Shown here: piece by piece, positions 27,621-38,060 of the stretch | How positions within the stretch are numbered: the stretch's first letter is position 1 | Layout of the letters: the number at the start of each line of letters is the position of its first letter | Assembly (NCBI GenBank): GCA_012842045.1 | Contig: DUTP01000003.1 | Span: 66,532 to 130,531 of the forward strand | Length of the DNA: 64,000 bases | From: Candidatus Dojkabacteria bacterium | GTDB taxonomy: Bacteria; Patescibacteriota; Dojkabacteria; SC72 | Direction: 5' to 3' | Notes under the pieces: generated by a model | Told to the model about the DNA's origin: nothing | Seen by the model: the letters and a program-made list of their open reading frames with translations, nothing else | Database searches by the model: none | Translations under genes and position numbers: made by a program

Positions 27621-29829
27621 TAGCAAAATCCTTAGAAAATTTATCATTCTTATTTACAAGCACATACAATCTATGTAAAGCTCTTGTTATACCAACATAG
27701 AGGAGTTTGGAACATAGTAGTGTGTCTTCATAATACTTGGAGTTAATATCAGCTAGAATTACCGAGTCAAACTCTAGACCTTTAGCATTCTCTATTGGCA
27801 TGACTAAAACACCTCTCTGGTAATTATTTTCATCATATCTTACAACTTTCTCACCAATCTCATCTGCATAGTTTTTAAGAACATCATATATCTCATTAGC
27901 ATGTTGCCTATCTCTAGCTAAGCAAGCAGATGTGACAGAACCTCTCTTGAAATCATCTTTAAGGATGTTAATAATCTCTTTAATATCATCTTTCTCCATC
28001 TCAGCGAGATCTTTCTCAGCCTTTAAGAATTTCACATCATCACCATGTCTTAGAACAGCTTCAGGTAGTTTGTAAGATTTAGGAAAATGCTTTTTAAAGA
28101 AGGAGTTTGCAAAATCTATTATCTCTACTGTTGTTCTGTAACATTTCTGTAGCTGATGATATTTACATTCTTTTCCTGTAATCTCTTGAACGAGTTTAAT
28201 TACATCATCCCAATCTTTTATGTAGAAGGGGGGAATTATTGATTGTGCTAAATCACCAGCAAGTGTGAGGTTTCCATTCTTTGCAATTTGTGTAAGTGTA
28301 GAAAGCTGTACAAAACTCATATCTTGTGCTTCATCAATCATTACATATCCTCTTTCAAAATCTTTCTTGCCATGGATTTTGAAATGAAGGTATACGATTG
28401 GAGCTAAATCCTCTATTCTGTATGTTCGTACCCTTCTTTTGTGAGTTAATCCATCCAATGAATACTTTGAAATGTCTTTAGGTAGTAAATTGCTTCTAAA
28501 AAGGTTTTTATAGAGAGAATAGGGGTTGCATTTCTTTTTAAAGTATTCTAGGATTTTTTTCTTGGTTTCTTCAATAAACCTTTCTTTCATATTTATCTTG
28601 CCCTCTTTGTACTCGGTAAACTTTCTCTGTGCAAATGCATATTCTGTAGCTAGTGATACTCTTTCAAACATATCAATATCTTTAAAGCCTTCTTTTAGTT
28701 CGTAGTATCTATGAGCAATTGATTCCTTAATATAACTGGGAATGTTTTCAAGTAACTCATGTTCAAAATCTTCAAAATACTTGTCCAAAATGTTTAAGAA
28801 TTCAATAGAACCTTTATACTCTTTATGTTTATCTTCTGGTGCTTCATTAGATACTATGTAATATTTATCCCAATCTAATACTTTTCTGCCCCAGAAAAGG
28901 TATGTTAAGGTCTCAACTTTCCCAACACCCAGATTTGGGAGAACATCTGAGACATAATCGATAAACATTTGGTTAGGAGCAATTATTAGAGAGTTTTTAT
29001 CATTAATCTCCTCTGAGTATGTATAGAAAAGGTATGCTAATCTATGAAGTAGGATAGTTGTTTTTCCACTCCCTGCTACTCCTTGGATTAATATCGGTTC
29101 ATTTATATTTCCTCTAATAATTTCGTTTTGTTGTGCTTGGATTGTTGAGACAATATCTTGTAACTTTTTCCCAATTCTCTCTTGTAGCTGTGCTAAGAGG
29201 AATTCATCTGCAGCAACATTGCCAGATTTTGCATCGTAAATACCTCTAATTCTACCTTTTGATATTTGAAACTGCCTTTTCTGTTTTAGGTTACCAAATC
29301 TCTCACCTACTGGAGCTAAGAATGAGACATTCTCTCTTGGTCCTGAGTTTTGGTAATAGATATTTGCAATAGGGGATCTCCAGTCTGTAATTAATGGGAT
29401 ATGTGTTTGCTCATCTACTAATGCAAATTTCCCTATATACAGTTCTAAATCTTTCTTAGTAATACTTTCCTTTGGCTGAAATACAATCTTCCCAAAGTAA
29501 GGGGAATCTAATGTTATTAACTCATTATTAATCCTGTCTACAATTCTTTCTATCTCTGTAAGGATTTTGTTGTAAATACTTTTAGCTTCCTTCTTAGCAT
29601 CCAAATCGCTCTCAGAATCGATCACGTCAATTTGTCTCTCTAGTTCTTCTTCTAGTCTTTGTAAGATCGGAAAAAGCTTATCTATCTCTTTTTTGGTAAT
29701 TAGAGTGATTTTTTCTAGATGGGGATATTCTGTCTTTTCTACATCATCCTTTGGTTTAATATCACTGAAATCCGCTATATCTTCAAGGTCCTTGTATAAA
29801 GGGTCGATATATTTTATAAATCTTTGCAT
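27607..29829 (-). CDS. helD: HelD-like RNA polymerase-associated SF1 ATPase
   Basis: SPYFGKI, ITDWRSPIA, DIVSTIQAQQNEII, QGVAGSGKTTILLHRLAYL, IDEAQD, KGLEFD. Confidence 0.85.
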   Translation of the reverse strand: MQRFIKYIDPLYKDLEDIADFSDIKPKDDVEKTEYPHLEKITLITKKEIDKLFPILQRLEEELERQIDVIDSESDLDAKKEAKSIYNKILTEIERIVDRINNELITLDSPYFGKIVFQPKESITKKDLELYIGKFALVDEQTHIPLITDWRSPIANIYYQNSGPRENVSFLAPVGERFGNLKQKRQFQISKGRIRGIYDAKSGNVAADEFLLAQLQERIGKKLQDIVSTIQAQQNEIIRGNINEPILIQGVAGSGKTTILLHRLAYLFYTYSEEINDKNSLIIAPNQMFIDYVSDVLPNLGVGKVETLTYLFWGRKVLDWDKYYIVSNEAPEDKHKEYKGSIEFLNILDKYFEDFEHELLENIPSYIKESIAHRYYELKEGFKDIDMFERVSLATEYAFAQRKFTEYKEGKINMKERFIEETKKKILEYFKKKCNPYSLYKNLFRSNLLPKDISKYSLDGLTHKRRVRTYRIEDLAPIVYLHFKIHGKKDFERGYVMIDEAQDMSFVQLSTLTQIAKNGNLTLAGDLAQSIIPPFYIKDWDDVIKLVQEITGKECKYHQLQKCYRTTVEIIDFANSFFKKHFPKSYKLPEAVLRHGDDVKFLKAEKDLAEMEKDDIKEIINILKDDFKRGSVTSACLARDRQHANEIYDVLKNYADEIGEKVVRYDENNYQRGVLVMPIENAKGLEFDSVILADINSKYYEDTLLCSKLLYVGITRALHRLYVLVNKNDKFSKDFANVSL

Positions 29830-29916
29830 TGAAAGTAGTGCAAATTTATGGCAAAGTGCATATTATCACAGTCCCTAGCTTTTGTCAAATGCAAAATTAG
29901 TGTATTATTAATTATT

Positions 29917-30477
29917 ATGAATTCACAGATGAAATTTTTAATATCATTAGTTGCTATAGTAGGACTTTTCTTTTTCCTTCAAGAAAAATTTCATTTTTTG
30001 GACATCTCTATTACTCAAAATACAAAAGAGGAATATCGAGAAGAAGAGAAAGAGGAGGATGGGAACAATCAGAGTCATGAAAAAAGTTATGTAGAAATAT
30101 ATACAAGAGAAGGTAATGTAATTAAAGTTAATACAGATATTGCAAAAAGTCCTCAAGAGAGGACTCTAGGTTTATCACACAGAAAATATATTGGTAGTTA
30201 TGATGGTATGTGGTTTATATTCGAGGAAGATACTGAAGGTGGTTTCTGGATGAAAGATATGCTTATTCCTCTTGATATTATCTTTGTGGATTCCTCAGGG
30301 TTCATTGTTGATATAAAAGAAAGTCAACAGATATGTAGTGATGATTTCTGTCCAACTATTAAATCTTCTAAACCATATAGATATGTTTTAGAGGTAAATG
30401 CTAATTTTTGTAAAGAAAATGGTATTACAATAGGTGATAGTATTAAATCGGGCATAAATAATGAAGATAATGTATAA
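29917..30477 (+). CDS. DUF192 domain protein
   Basis: GMWFIF, FWMKDMLIPLDIIF, YVLEVNA. Confidence 0.9.
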   Translation: MNSQMKFLISLVAIVGLFFFLQEKFHFLDISITQNTKEEYREEEKEEDGNNQSHEKSYVEIYTREGNVIKVNTDIAKSPQERTLGLSHRKYIGSYDGMWFIFEEDTEGGFWMKDMLIPLDIIFVDSSGFIVDIKESQQICSDDFCPTIKSSKPYRYVLEVNANFCKENGITIGDSIKSGINNEDNV

Positions 30478-30486
30478 TGCTCAAGT

Positions 30487-31122
30487 ATGATTAATTCCTT
30501 AGTTGAATGGTTAGTAAATTTAATAGGTAATATGGGATATTTGGGAGTAGGACTCTCTATGTTTATAGAAAGCTTCTTTGCACCTATCCCCAGTGAAATG
30601 ATTCTTCCTTTTTCAGGATTTGTAGCATCTCAAGGTAAACTGCATATAGTTTGGGTAATAATTGTTGCTACTTTTGCTGCATATTTAGGATCTTTACCAT
30701 TTTATTTGATAGGGAAGTGGGGGAAAGATGGTATTACAAAGTTTTTAGAGAAGTATGGTAAATATCTTTTTCTTACAAAAACAGATATAGATAAGGGATT
30801 TGATGCTTTTGAAAAGCATGGTAACAAGATTGTATTAATTGGAAGAGTTATTCCAATAGTAAGAACAGTTGTTTCCTTCCCTGCAGGTGTAGCTAAAATG
30901 AATTTTTGGCTATTCTCTGCATACACTTTAGTTGGTACAGCTGTTTGGTCAACCCTTTTGGGTGTTGGTGGTTATTTCCTAGGCTCAAATTGGGAAGAGG
31001 TTTCAGTATATGTGGGGAAATATGAAAAAGTAATTATGGCAATTCTGATAATTGGAGTAATTCTTTATATTACTAGAGGGATCATAAACATTAGGAAGGA
31101 AAGAAAATCAGGGAGTAAATAA
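30487..31122 (+). CDS. DedA family membrane protein
   Basis: ESFFAPIPSEMILPFSG, GRVIPIVRTVVSFPAG. Confidence 0.93.
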   Translation: MINSLVEWLVNLIGNMGYLGVGLSMFIESFFAPIPSEMILPFSGFVASQGKLHIVWVIIVATFAAYLGSLPFYLIGKWGKDGITKFLEKYGKYLFLTKTDIDKGFDAFEKHGNKIVLIGRVIPIVRTVVSFPAGVAKMNFWLFSAYTLVGTAVWSTLLGVGGYFLGSNWEEVSVYVGKYEKVIMAILIIGVILYITRGIINIRKERKSGSK

Positions 31123-32634
31123 TACTTTTCCAGTCATTTCACTAGGTACAGGTATTCCCATTAAAGTTAATATTGTTGGTGCAATGTCTCTTAGAGCGCC
31201 ATACTCTAATCTTTGAGCTCTAAATCCTTGTCCTGCAATAATAAGAGGAACTGGATTGATAGAGTGTTCTGTTCCAATCTCTCCACTTTGTGGGTCTATC
31301 ATCTCTTCTACGTTTCCATGATCAGCCGTAATCACTACTACACCACCTTTTAATGTAAAATTCTTAACTAACTCTTTTACACAAAAATCAACAACTTTCA
31401 CAGCTTTAATACTGGCTTCTAGATTACCTGTATGTCCAACCATATCGGTATTTGCAAAATTAACAACAGTAAAGTCATACATATCTCTATTAATTCTGTC
31501 TAAAAGAATGGTGGTAATTTCTAATGCACTCATCTCTGGCTTTTGATCATATGTTGGTACTTTAGGTGAAGGTACGATAATCCTGTCTTCTCTATCGTAT
31601 ATTATAGAAGAACCACCGTTAAAGAAGTACGTAACGTGTGGGAACTTCTCTGTTTCAGATATTCTAAGCTGAGATTTTTGTGCGGTATCGATAACGTTCC
31701 CCAATGTTAGATTAACATATTGCTTTGGGAAGATGACTTTCTGAGGAAAATTTCGCCTGTATTCAACCATTGATGCTACAAAGAGATTCTTTTTCTTTTT
31801 TCTGTAAAAAGCTGAAAAATTATCTTCTACTAAGGCTTCTGTTAATTGAATCATCCTATCAGCCCTAAAATTCATTAACAAAACAACATCATTATCTTCT
31901 ATTTTACTTTTGTTAATAACTGCAGGCTCTAAAAATTCATCCGTAATACCCTGAGAGTAATTATGTTCTATCGCTGAATATGCAGTAGGGAATTGTTGTC
32001 CAAGATTTTTTTCTAGTAAGAAATATGCCCTTTCTGTTCTCTCCCATTTAGTATTCCTATCCATAGCATAGTACCTGCCAATTATTGTCCCTATTCTTCC
32101 CATTCCTCTATCTAAACAGTATTTGTCAAATTTTGATAAATAAGTCATCGCTGAATTGGGGGGAGTATCTCTTCCGTCCGTAAAAGCATGAATGAAGACA
32201 TGATTTTGGAAGTTGTTTTTTGAGAAGAAATCTATAACTGCTTCAAAATGTTTAATATGTGAATGTACAGCACCATCACTAAGTAAACCAACTAAATGAA
32301 TATTTCCTCCATATTTAACAGCATGAGCATATGCTTCTTTTAGTGTTTGATTCTCGAATATAACTCCCTTATCTATAGAGTTGTTAATTCTTGGAAGATT
32401 TTGATATATAGTTCTGCCTGCTCCTATGTTTAAATGGCCTACTTCACTGTTTCCTTTTGTATTTTTAGGAAGGCCAACATCTTCCCCAGATGCAATTAGA
32501 TATCCGTGTGGGGATGTGCTCCAAAGGGAAGAGAGGTTGTTAGGTTCTGCTAATACAACAGCATTTCCGTTACTAGCAGGAGCGGCTCCGAGACCATCTA
32601 AAATTATTAATAATACTTTTCTCTTTTCACTCAT
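31108..32634 (-). CDS. gpmI: 2,3-bisphosphoglycerate-independent phosphoglycerate mutase
   Basis: [48 protein letters not shown]. Confidence 0.97.
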   Translation of the reverse strand: MSEKRKVLLIILDGLGAAPASNGNAVVLAEPNNLSSLWSTSPHGYLIASGEDVGLPKNTKGNSEVGHLNIGAGRTIYQNLPRINNSIDKGVIFENQTLKEAYAHAVKYGGNIHLVGLLSDGAVHSHIKHFEAVIDFFSKNNFQNHVFIHAFTDGRDTPPNSAMTYLSKFDKYCLDRGMGRIGTIIGRYYAMDRNTKWERTERAYFLLEKNLGQQFPTAYSAIEHNYSQGITDEFLEPAVINKSKIEDNDVVLLMNFRADRMIQLTEALVEDNFSAFYRKKKKNLFVASMVEYRRNFPQKVIFPKQYVNLTLGNVIDTAQKSQLRISETEKFPHVTYFFNGGSSIIYDREDRIIVPSPKVPTYDQKPEMSALEITTILLDRINRDMYDFTVVNFANTDMVGHTGNLEASIKAVKVVDFCVKELVKNFTLKGGVVVITADHGNVEEMIDPQSGEIGTEHSINPVPLIIAGQGFRAQRLEYGALRDIAPTILTLMGIPVPSEMTGKVLFTP

Positions 32635-32725
32635 AGGCAGTAATCTAAGTATATTGTGGCATATTTTTCAAATTTATTCTATAATCACATCTGAACAACA
32701 AATTATATTTTTAAATCAAGTCATT

Positions 32726-33235
32726 ATGGATAGCAAAATAATAAAGAAAATTGAAGAGGGTTCAATTAAAAAAAGACCAGATGTAAAAGTAGGTGATACT
32801 GTAAAGCTACACCTTAAGATTAAGGAAGGAGCTAAGGAGAGGATTCAGGTGTTTGAGGGAGTAGTTATTTCGATTAAGGGTTCAGGATTAAATAAGAACT
32901 ATGTTGTAAGGAAAATTTCTTACGGAGTCGGTGTTGAAAAGATTGTTCCTGTTCATTCACCTGTACTTGCAAAGGTAGAGGTTGTTAAGAGAGGATCTGT
33001 TAGAAGAGCAAAATTATTCTATCTAAGAGATAGGGTAGGTAGAAGAGCTTTGAAGGTCAGTAATATGGAAGATATTTATATGACGGATGAAGAAGAGGAA
33101 GAGGTTGGAGAAGAAGCTAAGGAGGAAGTTGAGGTCGTTAAAGAGGATATTGTAGGGGAGAAGAAAGAAGATGTAAAAGAAGAGGAGATCAAGGAAGAGA
33201 CCGAAGAAGAAGTTGAGAAAGAAGATGTAAAATAA
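32726..33235 (+). CDS. rplS: 50S ribosomal protein bL19 with acidic C-terminal extension
   Basis: VGDTVK...[12 protein letters not shown]...[11 protein letters not shown]...[10 protein letters not shown]; start reset to MDSKII. Confidence 0.96.
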   Translation: MDSKIIKKIEEGSIKKRPDVKVGDTVKLHLKIKEGAKERIQVFEGVVISIKGSGLNKNYVVRKISYGVGVEKIVPVHSPVLAKVEVVKRGSVRRAKLFYLRDRVGRRALKVSNMEDIYMTDEEEEEVGEEAKEEVEVVKEDIVGEKKEDVKEEEIKEETEEEVEKEDVK

Positions 33236-33240
33236 CTACT

Positions 33241-33313
33241 GCAGGGGTAGTTCAATGGTTAGAATATCTGTTTTCCAAACAGAGGGTTGCGGGTTCGAGT
33301 CCCGTCCCCTGCT
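33241..33313 (+). tRNA. tRNA-Gly(TCC)
   Basis: GCAGGGG...CCCCTGC-T; anticodon arm TCTGT-TTTCCAA-ACAGA. Confidence 0.95.
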
Positions 33314-33379
33314 TTTTCTATCTAGAAGAGTTATTATTCCACCTACTAATTATCCACAATTTGTAATATAATTGGACAT

Positions 33380-33931
33380 ATGAAAAATGTTGATGTACCA
33401 CTTTGGGACAGGGGTGATGATACCGATAATTACAGAAAAGGGGGAGTAAGTTCAAGTCAGAAAACCTTTTCTCGGATTGAGGAAGCTGATAAAAATATCA
33501 AGTCTGCTTTTAAACTGGCAATAGGAAGAAAACCAACATCAAGAGAGAGTGCATACTACAGAATTAGTAAAGCAGAGAAAAACGATATCCTTCTTAAGTT
33601 GATAAATACAGAAGAACATAAAGAATTAATATCAAATGGTAGAAAGTATCCTGATATAGTTAAGGAAAAAAAGATTTTAGAAACAAATGTACTAAAGCTA
33701 AAAAGTAATATAGACGACTTTCATGGTGAATATGAACAACTAAAAAAGCTTTTAGAGCAGAAAAATCTGTTAATCAAGGAGTTAAGAGAACAGAAAGGAA
33801 GACCGTACCTAACTAATAAGAGTTTAATAGAAACATCTGACTACTATGAGAGAAAAGCCGCAGAGAGAAGATATCGGGAGGATAAAGAAGATTCTTTTTG
33901 GGATAAAATATTAAAAATATTTTTTAAATAA
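33380..33931 (+). CDS. Hypothetical coiled-coil protein, DUF4214-like N-terminal part
   Basis: AFKLAIGRKPT...YY...LINTEE, heptad region, amphipathic tail SFWDKILKIFFK. Confidence 0.55.
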   Translation: MKNVDVPLWDRGDDTDNYRKGGVSSSQKTFSRIEEADKNIKSAFKLAIGRKPTSRESAYYRISKAEKNDILLKLINTEEHKELISNGRKYPDIVKEKKILETNVLKLKSNIDDFHGEYEQLKKLLEQKNLLIKELREQKGRPYLTNKSLIETSDYYERKAAERRYREDKEDSFWDKILKIFFK

Positions 33932-34135
33932 ATGACACCAAAGATATTGGGAAGTAGAATCAGGAAAGAGAGGGAGAAGAAGGGGTATACCCAGAGAGAA
34001 TTAGCTATGAGAGTAGGGTTATCAGACAAATCTATTAGTCTTTATGAGAAAGGTGTATCCTATCCCCCAATAAGGAATCTACTTGTGATTTGTAAAGAAT
34101 TAGATATAACAATTGGAGAGATTCTCAGTACTTAG
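33932..34135 (+). CDS. XRE family HTH transcriptional regulator
   Basis: GSRIRKEREKKGYTQRELAMRVGLSDKSISLYEKG. Confidence 0.92.
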   Translation: MTPKILGSRIRKEREKKGYTQRELAMRVGLSDKSISLYEKGVSYPPIRNLLVICKELDITIGEILST

Positions 34136-34734
34136 AAATCTGGTGTTAACCAATCCTTCGCTTTTTTAGCATACTTCTTAATGAGTAAAACAGCCCCAAA
34201 TATAAGTCCACCAAAAACCAATAAGGTAGATACAATCAATATGATTTGTTGCGTCTTATATTGTTCGGTAATAGGCTGTGCTACAAGAGAACGATCAAAA
34301 TAAATGTCAGCATCAACAGTATTTGTATAGTTCGTATCATGTTGCCATGAAATTGTAGAAACGGATAAGTTGTGATGTCCTTCTTTTAAAGGTTTTATAG
34401 TTGCTTTTACAGAGTAAGTTATTCCTTTCTGCATTGAAACAAATTCTTTATGTTTGGGATACACTTTTAATGTTGCTGGGATATTCCAAACAATCTGTGT
34501 TCTTGGGGTGTCTATCAATGGTGTAATCTCTAGTATATAAGAAACTTTCTTAGTTAGTGGTGATTGCCCAGCATTAATAAGATTTAATTCAAAAAACTTT
34601 GCAACAGTTTTTGTATCAACAATCTCTTCTTTTTCACTTTCATTAGTTAGTTCATATTGCTCATCCTTTTGTGCATATGCAACAGAATTAAATAGGAGAA
34701 GTAATATGAAAAACCCTATTATTAATTTTTTCAT
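34132..34734 (-). CDS. Exported membrane-anchored hypothetical protein
   Basis: Signal peptide, beta-rich middle, C-terminal TM. Confidence 0.65.
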   Translation of the reverse strand: MKKLIIGFFILLLLFNSVAYAQKDEQYELTNESEKEEIVDTKTVAKFFELNLINAGQSPLTKKVSYILEITPLIDTPRTQIVWNIPATLKVYPKHKEFVSMQKGITYSVKATIKPLKEGHHNLSVSTISWQHDTNYTNTVDADIYFDRSLVAQPITEQYKTQQIILIVSTLLVFGGLIFGAVLLIKKYAKKAKDWLTPDF

Positions 34735-35147
34735 TTTAATATTCTTTCAACACTTAATTTATATGTATTATACAATTCTATTCCTTCACTTGCATCTATT
34801 TCATAATCATCATGTACAACCTTATTCCTAATTTTGTGTGCTTCCCATATATTGTTGTATTCTTTCTTTTTAAACAGGAAACCAGCTTTCTTTAAATTAT
34901 CACCACATAAATCTTTGTTACCAAAATAAATCTGTAGTGATTTTGAAAGTAGGTTATCTAACTTAACAACAGTATCTCTTCTGATAGCACCGTCTAAACT
35001 GTGCATTCCCATCTCCAGTTCCTTTAGTTTGTCATACATCTCATTTTTCTTACTTTTATCAATCTTTTTGTTAGCCAGAGAAACAACAATAAAAAGGATA
35101 GATATGAGTGCGAGTATAACAATTGTTATGATGACTGTTGGTTCCAT
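34731..35147 (-). CDS. Membrane-anchored HEPN/DUF4145-like protein
   Basis: N-terminal TM; WEAHKIRNKVVHD contains an R-N-x3-H motif. Confidence 0.55.
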   Translation of the reverse strand: MEPTVIITIVILALISILFIVVSLANKKIDKSKKNEMYDKLKELEMGMHSLDGAIRRDTVVKLDNLLSKSLQIYFGNKDLCGDNLKKAGFLFKKKEYNNIWEAHKIRNKVVHDDYEIDASEGIELYNTYKLSVERILK

Positions 35148-37051
35148 TTCCTAGATTTCATAAATTTAAAAGATATATATACAACAAGAATGAGTATTAA
35201 GAAAGAAGCTAGAGAAAGTATTTTTGCTATAATCAATGTATAAAGAGGTACGTCCTCTGGTATTACTGCCTCGGCTTTTGTTTCCGCACTTTGTACGAAA
35301 TTATTTGAATAGAGGATTGTAGAATAAATATTTCGACTTGTTATCTTGTTGTAAGGTATATTAAGCTGCATTTGTTTGTTTTGTTTAGGTAGAATGATTT
35401 CAGAACCAATATTGGAAACAGGATCAATATAACTGTTAACTCTCCCCATATTCGATTTGTCAAAGGAGACGTTAGAAATAGCTATATTACCAGTATTGGA
35501 AAGATTTGCCAGTAGAGTGATGTATTTTTGTGTAGGATCATATTTATTAAAGGAGAAATCAGCATTTAAATCCATTTTACCATCAATCCTCTCTTCTATA
35601 TTTAAATTTACTTGGAAATCAGTGGGGGTATAAAAGGTAAGGGTTGGTGCTAAAGGTGAAAATCCTCTTTTTATAATTTCTACATGATCTTCTAAATTTG
35701 CACCAAACAAAGATTGTTTTGAATACTCTTCAATGAAAGGATCGACACTAATCCAGTGTTTTTTATCACTATCATAATACTCTACCCAGTAATGATAAAA
35801 CCCATCTGTGGTATATCCCGCAATATTAGACACATAACCTAACACCATTCTACTAGGTATACCAAAGTACCTTAGGAGAGATATATAGAAATCAGAATAA
35901 TCAACTGGAGTAAACTTTCTACCTTTCTTTGCAATTTGTACTGAGCCTAACCTAGCCTCATTCCCAATCCCTAGGGGAATATCCTCCTGATAATCCAATC
36001 GATAAATAATGTACTGGTAAAGATATTCATAGAATAATTCTCTCTGAGCTTTCTTGAAAAGGGAGACATCACCCACATTTTCGTTAATATCCAAACCTTT
36101 GTTACGCATGAATTCAAAAACCCTTTTAATCTCAGTACTATCTGTCATATCCCAGTAACCAATCTTCTTGGTTAAAAAAGGCTCTATTTCACCTTCATCC
36201 GTTTCATTGTTTTCTTGTTTCTTTTGTATAAAACCTATGATTTTACAATCAATGCTCTCTTTAGCAGGTACGACATATTTAAAAATGTAGTTACCATCCT
36301 TGTCCATCATCGCACTGGTTGGTAGAGGAGAGATTTCTTTCCAGATAATATTTTGTGTTTGTGTGTCGGGAGGAACTACAAGTTCGAATGTCTGGGGTCC
36401 TTGCTCTGTTTGGTTGGAGAATAACCGGTTTATTTTAAACTCATATTGGATATCTTTTGAAAAAAAGACAGATAGTTTTTCATGTGTTGGTTTTTTAAAA
36501 ACAAGTTGGTATTTATCGCCTATAATTTCTTTTGACGTGATAGTCTCAGACACCCAAGCATCGCTTCCCAAACTTTGAGGATACAAGATCTTAACTTCTG
36601 TTGTTTCACCATCCAGTAGAGACGAAGGGAAAATGAAAAATAATTCATTCTGGATGGGTAAAGAATAATAGAAGTGAAGGGTAATAGGATTCTCAGGTCC
36701 TACAACCTTATTCTTGAGATCCATCTGTATATCAGTGACAGAAGCCCTCTTATAGCTATTACAATGGATCTCAGATCCATCACCAAGAGTGCAAGCAGGG
36801 TTGATATCTTTAGCTAAGATAGAGGCCGTGTATATTGATAGAACTCTAATATCATCAGATTGTAATGTTACGGTTAATTCAGTATCTATTTTCTTTCCGT
36901 TTAGTATATGTACAAAAGAAGCTGATGTTTTAAAAGGATGATTTTGTGAATAAACCTTTTCATTAAATGAAAAGAGAGAGAGTAGGGTAACTGCTAAAAA
37001 AAGACTAATACGTAATAGAGTCTTCTTTAGATAACCAGTCAAATCTTTCAT
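35126..37051 (-). CDS. Exported transglutaminase-like domain protein, catalytic Cys apparently lost
   Basis: TPVDYSDFYISLLRYFGIPSRMVLGY, HYWVEYY, WISVDP; signal peptide and C-terminal TM. Confidence 0.75.
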   Translation of the reverse strand: MKDLTGYLKKTLLRISLFLAVTLLSLFSFNEKVYSQNHPFKTSASFVHILNGKKIDTELTVTLQSDDIRVLSIYTASILAKDINPACTLGDGSEIHCNSYKRASVTDIQMDLKNKVVGPENPITLHFYYSLPIQNELFFIFPSSLLDGETTEVKILYPQSLGSDAWVSETITSKEIIGDKYQLVFKKPTHEKLSVFFSKDIQYEFKINRLFSNQTEQGPQTFELVVPPDTQTQNIIWKEISPLPTSAMMDKDGNYIFKYVVPAKESIDCKIIGFIQKKQENNETDEGEIEPFLTKKIGYWDMTDSTEIKRVFEFMRNKGLDINENVGDVSLFKKAQRELFYEYLYQYIIYRLDYQEDIPLGIGNEARLGSVQIAKKGRKFTPVDYSDFYISLLRYFGIPSRMVLGYVSNIAGYTTDGFYHYWVEYYDSDKKHWISVDPFIEEYSKQSLFGANLEDHVEIIKRGFSPLAPTLTFYTPTDFQVNLNIEERIDGKMDLNADFSFNKYDPTQKYITLLANLSNTGNIAISNVSFDKSNMGRVNSYIDPVSNIGSEIILPKQNKQMQLNIPYNKITSRNIYSTILYSNNFVQSAETKAEAVIPEDVPLYTLIIAKILSLASFLILILVVYISFKFMKSRKWNQQSS

Positions 37052-37742
37052 TCTTTCTTATAATTTGTTTTGTTATAGTTGTCTTAGGTGTAATTGAATA
37101 CTCCTTAAGTGTTTTCTCTGTATCTATCTTTGTAGGCTCATTCACAATTTTGTAGTTAGGATTTCTCACAATTTCCTGTTTTGCATTTTTCCTTATTACA
37201 TAATATGCCATTCCACTATTCTCATCAAGGACCCTTCTTATAATAGCCTCATAATGAGCAACTTCTAAGAAAATTAGAGGGGTGTTTTGTCTAGTATTTA
37301 TTATAACAAAGTCATATCCAGCTGGTACGATAATTTTCTGACTTTTCTTTGCCTGTATTTTAATTGTTTGATTATCCTTAGGACTAATATACTTCTGTAT
37401 TAAAACTGTTCCACTTCCATGAAGGATCTCAATGATTCTGGGATATTTCTTACATCTAGTAGCCCGTGTTTTAACAAACTCAATTCCAGCTAAATTCGCG
37501 AGCATGGTATATATATTTACCTTTATCTTTTTAGATTTGAAAAGATTATCTTTGGTATCAATCTCTTTGTATTTGGTATAGAAAATCTCTGGACAATCGA
37601 GCTCCTTATTCAATAATTGTTCTCTAATATCATCTATCCCTACAACCATCTTTTCTTTACAACCAGCATCCTTAAAGACAAGTTCATCATCTAAAAAAAC
37701 AATGGGCAATCCTGAAGCACTTCTCAAATCTATCTTTGACAT
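37005..37742 (-). CDS. Cupin-type glucose-6-phosphate isomerase homologue, degenerate
   Basis: EFVKT...EILHGSG...IIVPAGYDFVIINT...GMAYYV...NPNY layout of archaeal-type PGI without the metal-binding His residues. Confidence 0.65.
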   Translation of the reverse strand: MSKIDLRSASGLPIVFLDDELVFKDAGCKEKMVVGIDDIREQLLNKELDCPEIFYTKYKEIDTKDNLFKSKKIKVNIYTMLANLAGIEFVKTRATRCKKYPRIIEILHGSGTVLIQKYISPKDNQTIKIQAKKSQKIIVPAGYDFVIINTRQNTPLIFLEVAHYEAIIRRVLDENSGMAYYVIRKNAKQEIVRNPNYKIVNEPTKIDTEKTLKEYSITPKTTITKQIIRKNERFDWLSKEDSITY

Positions 37743-37764
37743 GTCATATTATACCACATTCTGT

Positions 37765-38058
37765 CTAGTCCACATCCTTGTAGGACTTAAGAAGCTGATT
37801 ACATACAACACTACACAATGCAAAGAAAAGTAAAGCAACAAGTAAAACTGAAGGTATTTGTATACTCCATATATTAATTGTACTATCAACAATTCCCCTG
37901 AAAGGTCTAACAAGGAGATCACTCTTACCTACAATCCATTTGGCATATATATTCTCTTCTACATTAGCATTTATAGCTGTTAGTACAATTCTAATAGTTA
38001 GTAAAGCTTGTGCAAAAATTGAGAAGAAATATCCAATTCTAACAAGCAGTTTTATCAT
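37765..38058 (-). CDS. YggT family membrane protein
   Basis: LLTIRIVL...SDLLVRPFRGI. Confidence 0.75.
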   Translation of the reverse strand: MIKLLVRIGYFFSIFAQALLTIRIVLTAINANVEENIYAKWIVGKSDLLVRPFRGIVDSTINIWSIQIPSVLLVALLFFALCSVVCNQLLKSYKDVD

Positions 38059-38060
38059 TT

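Noticed and set aside
32426-32725. 100-aa N-terminal extension of bL19
   Set aside because: It overlaps gpmI on the opposite strand; bL19 homology begins at ATG 32726.
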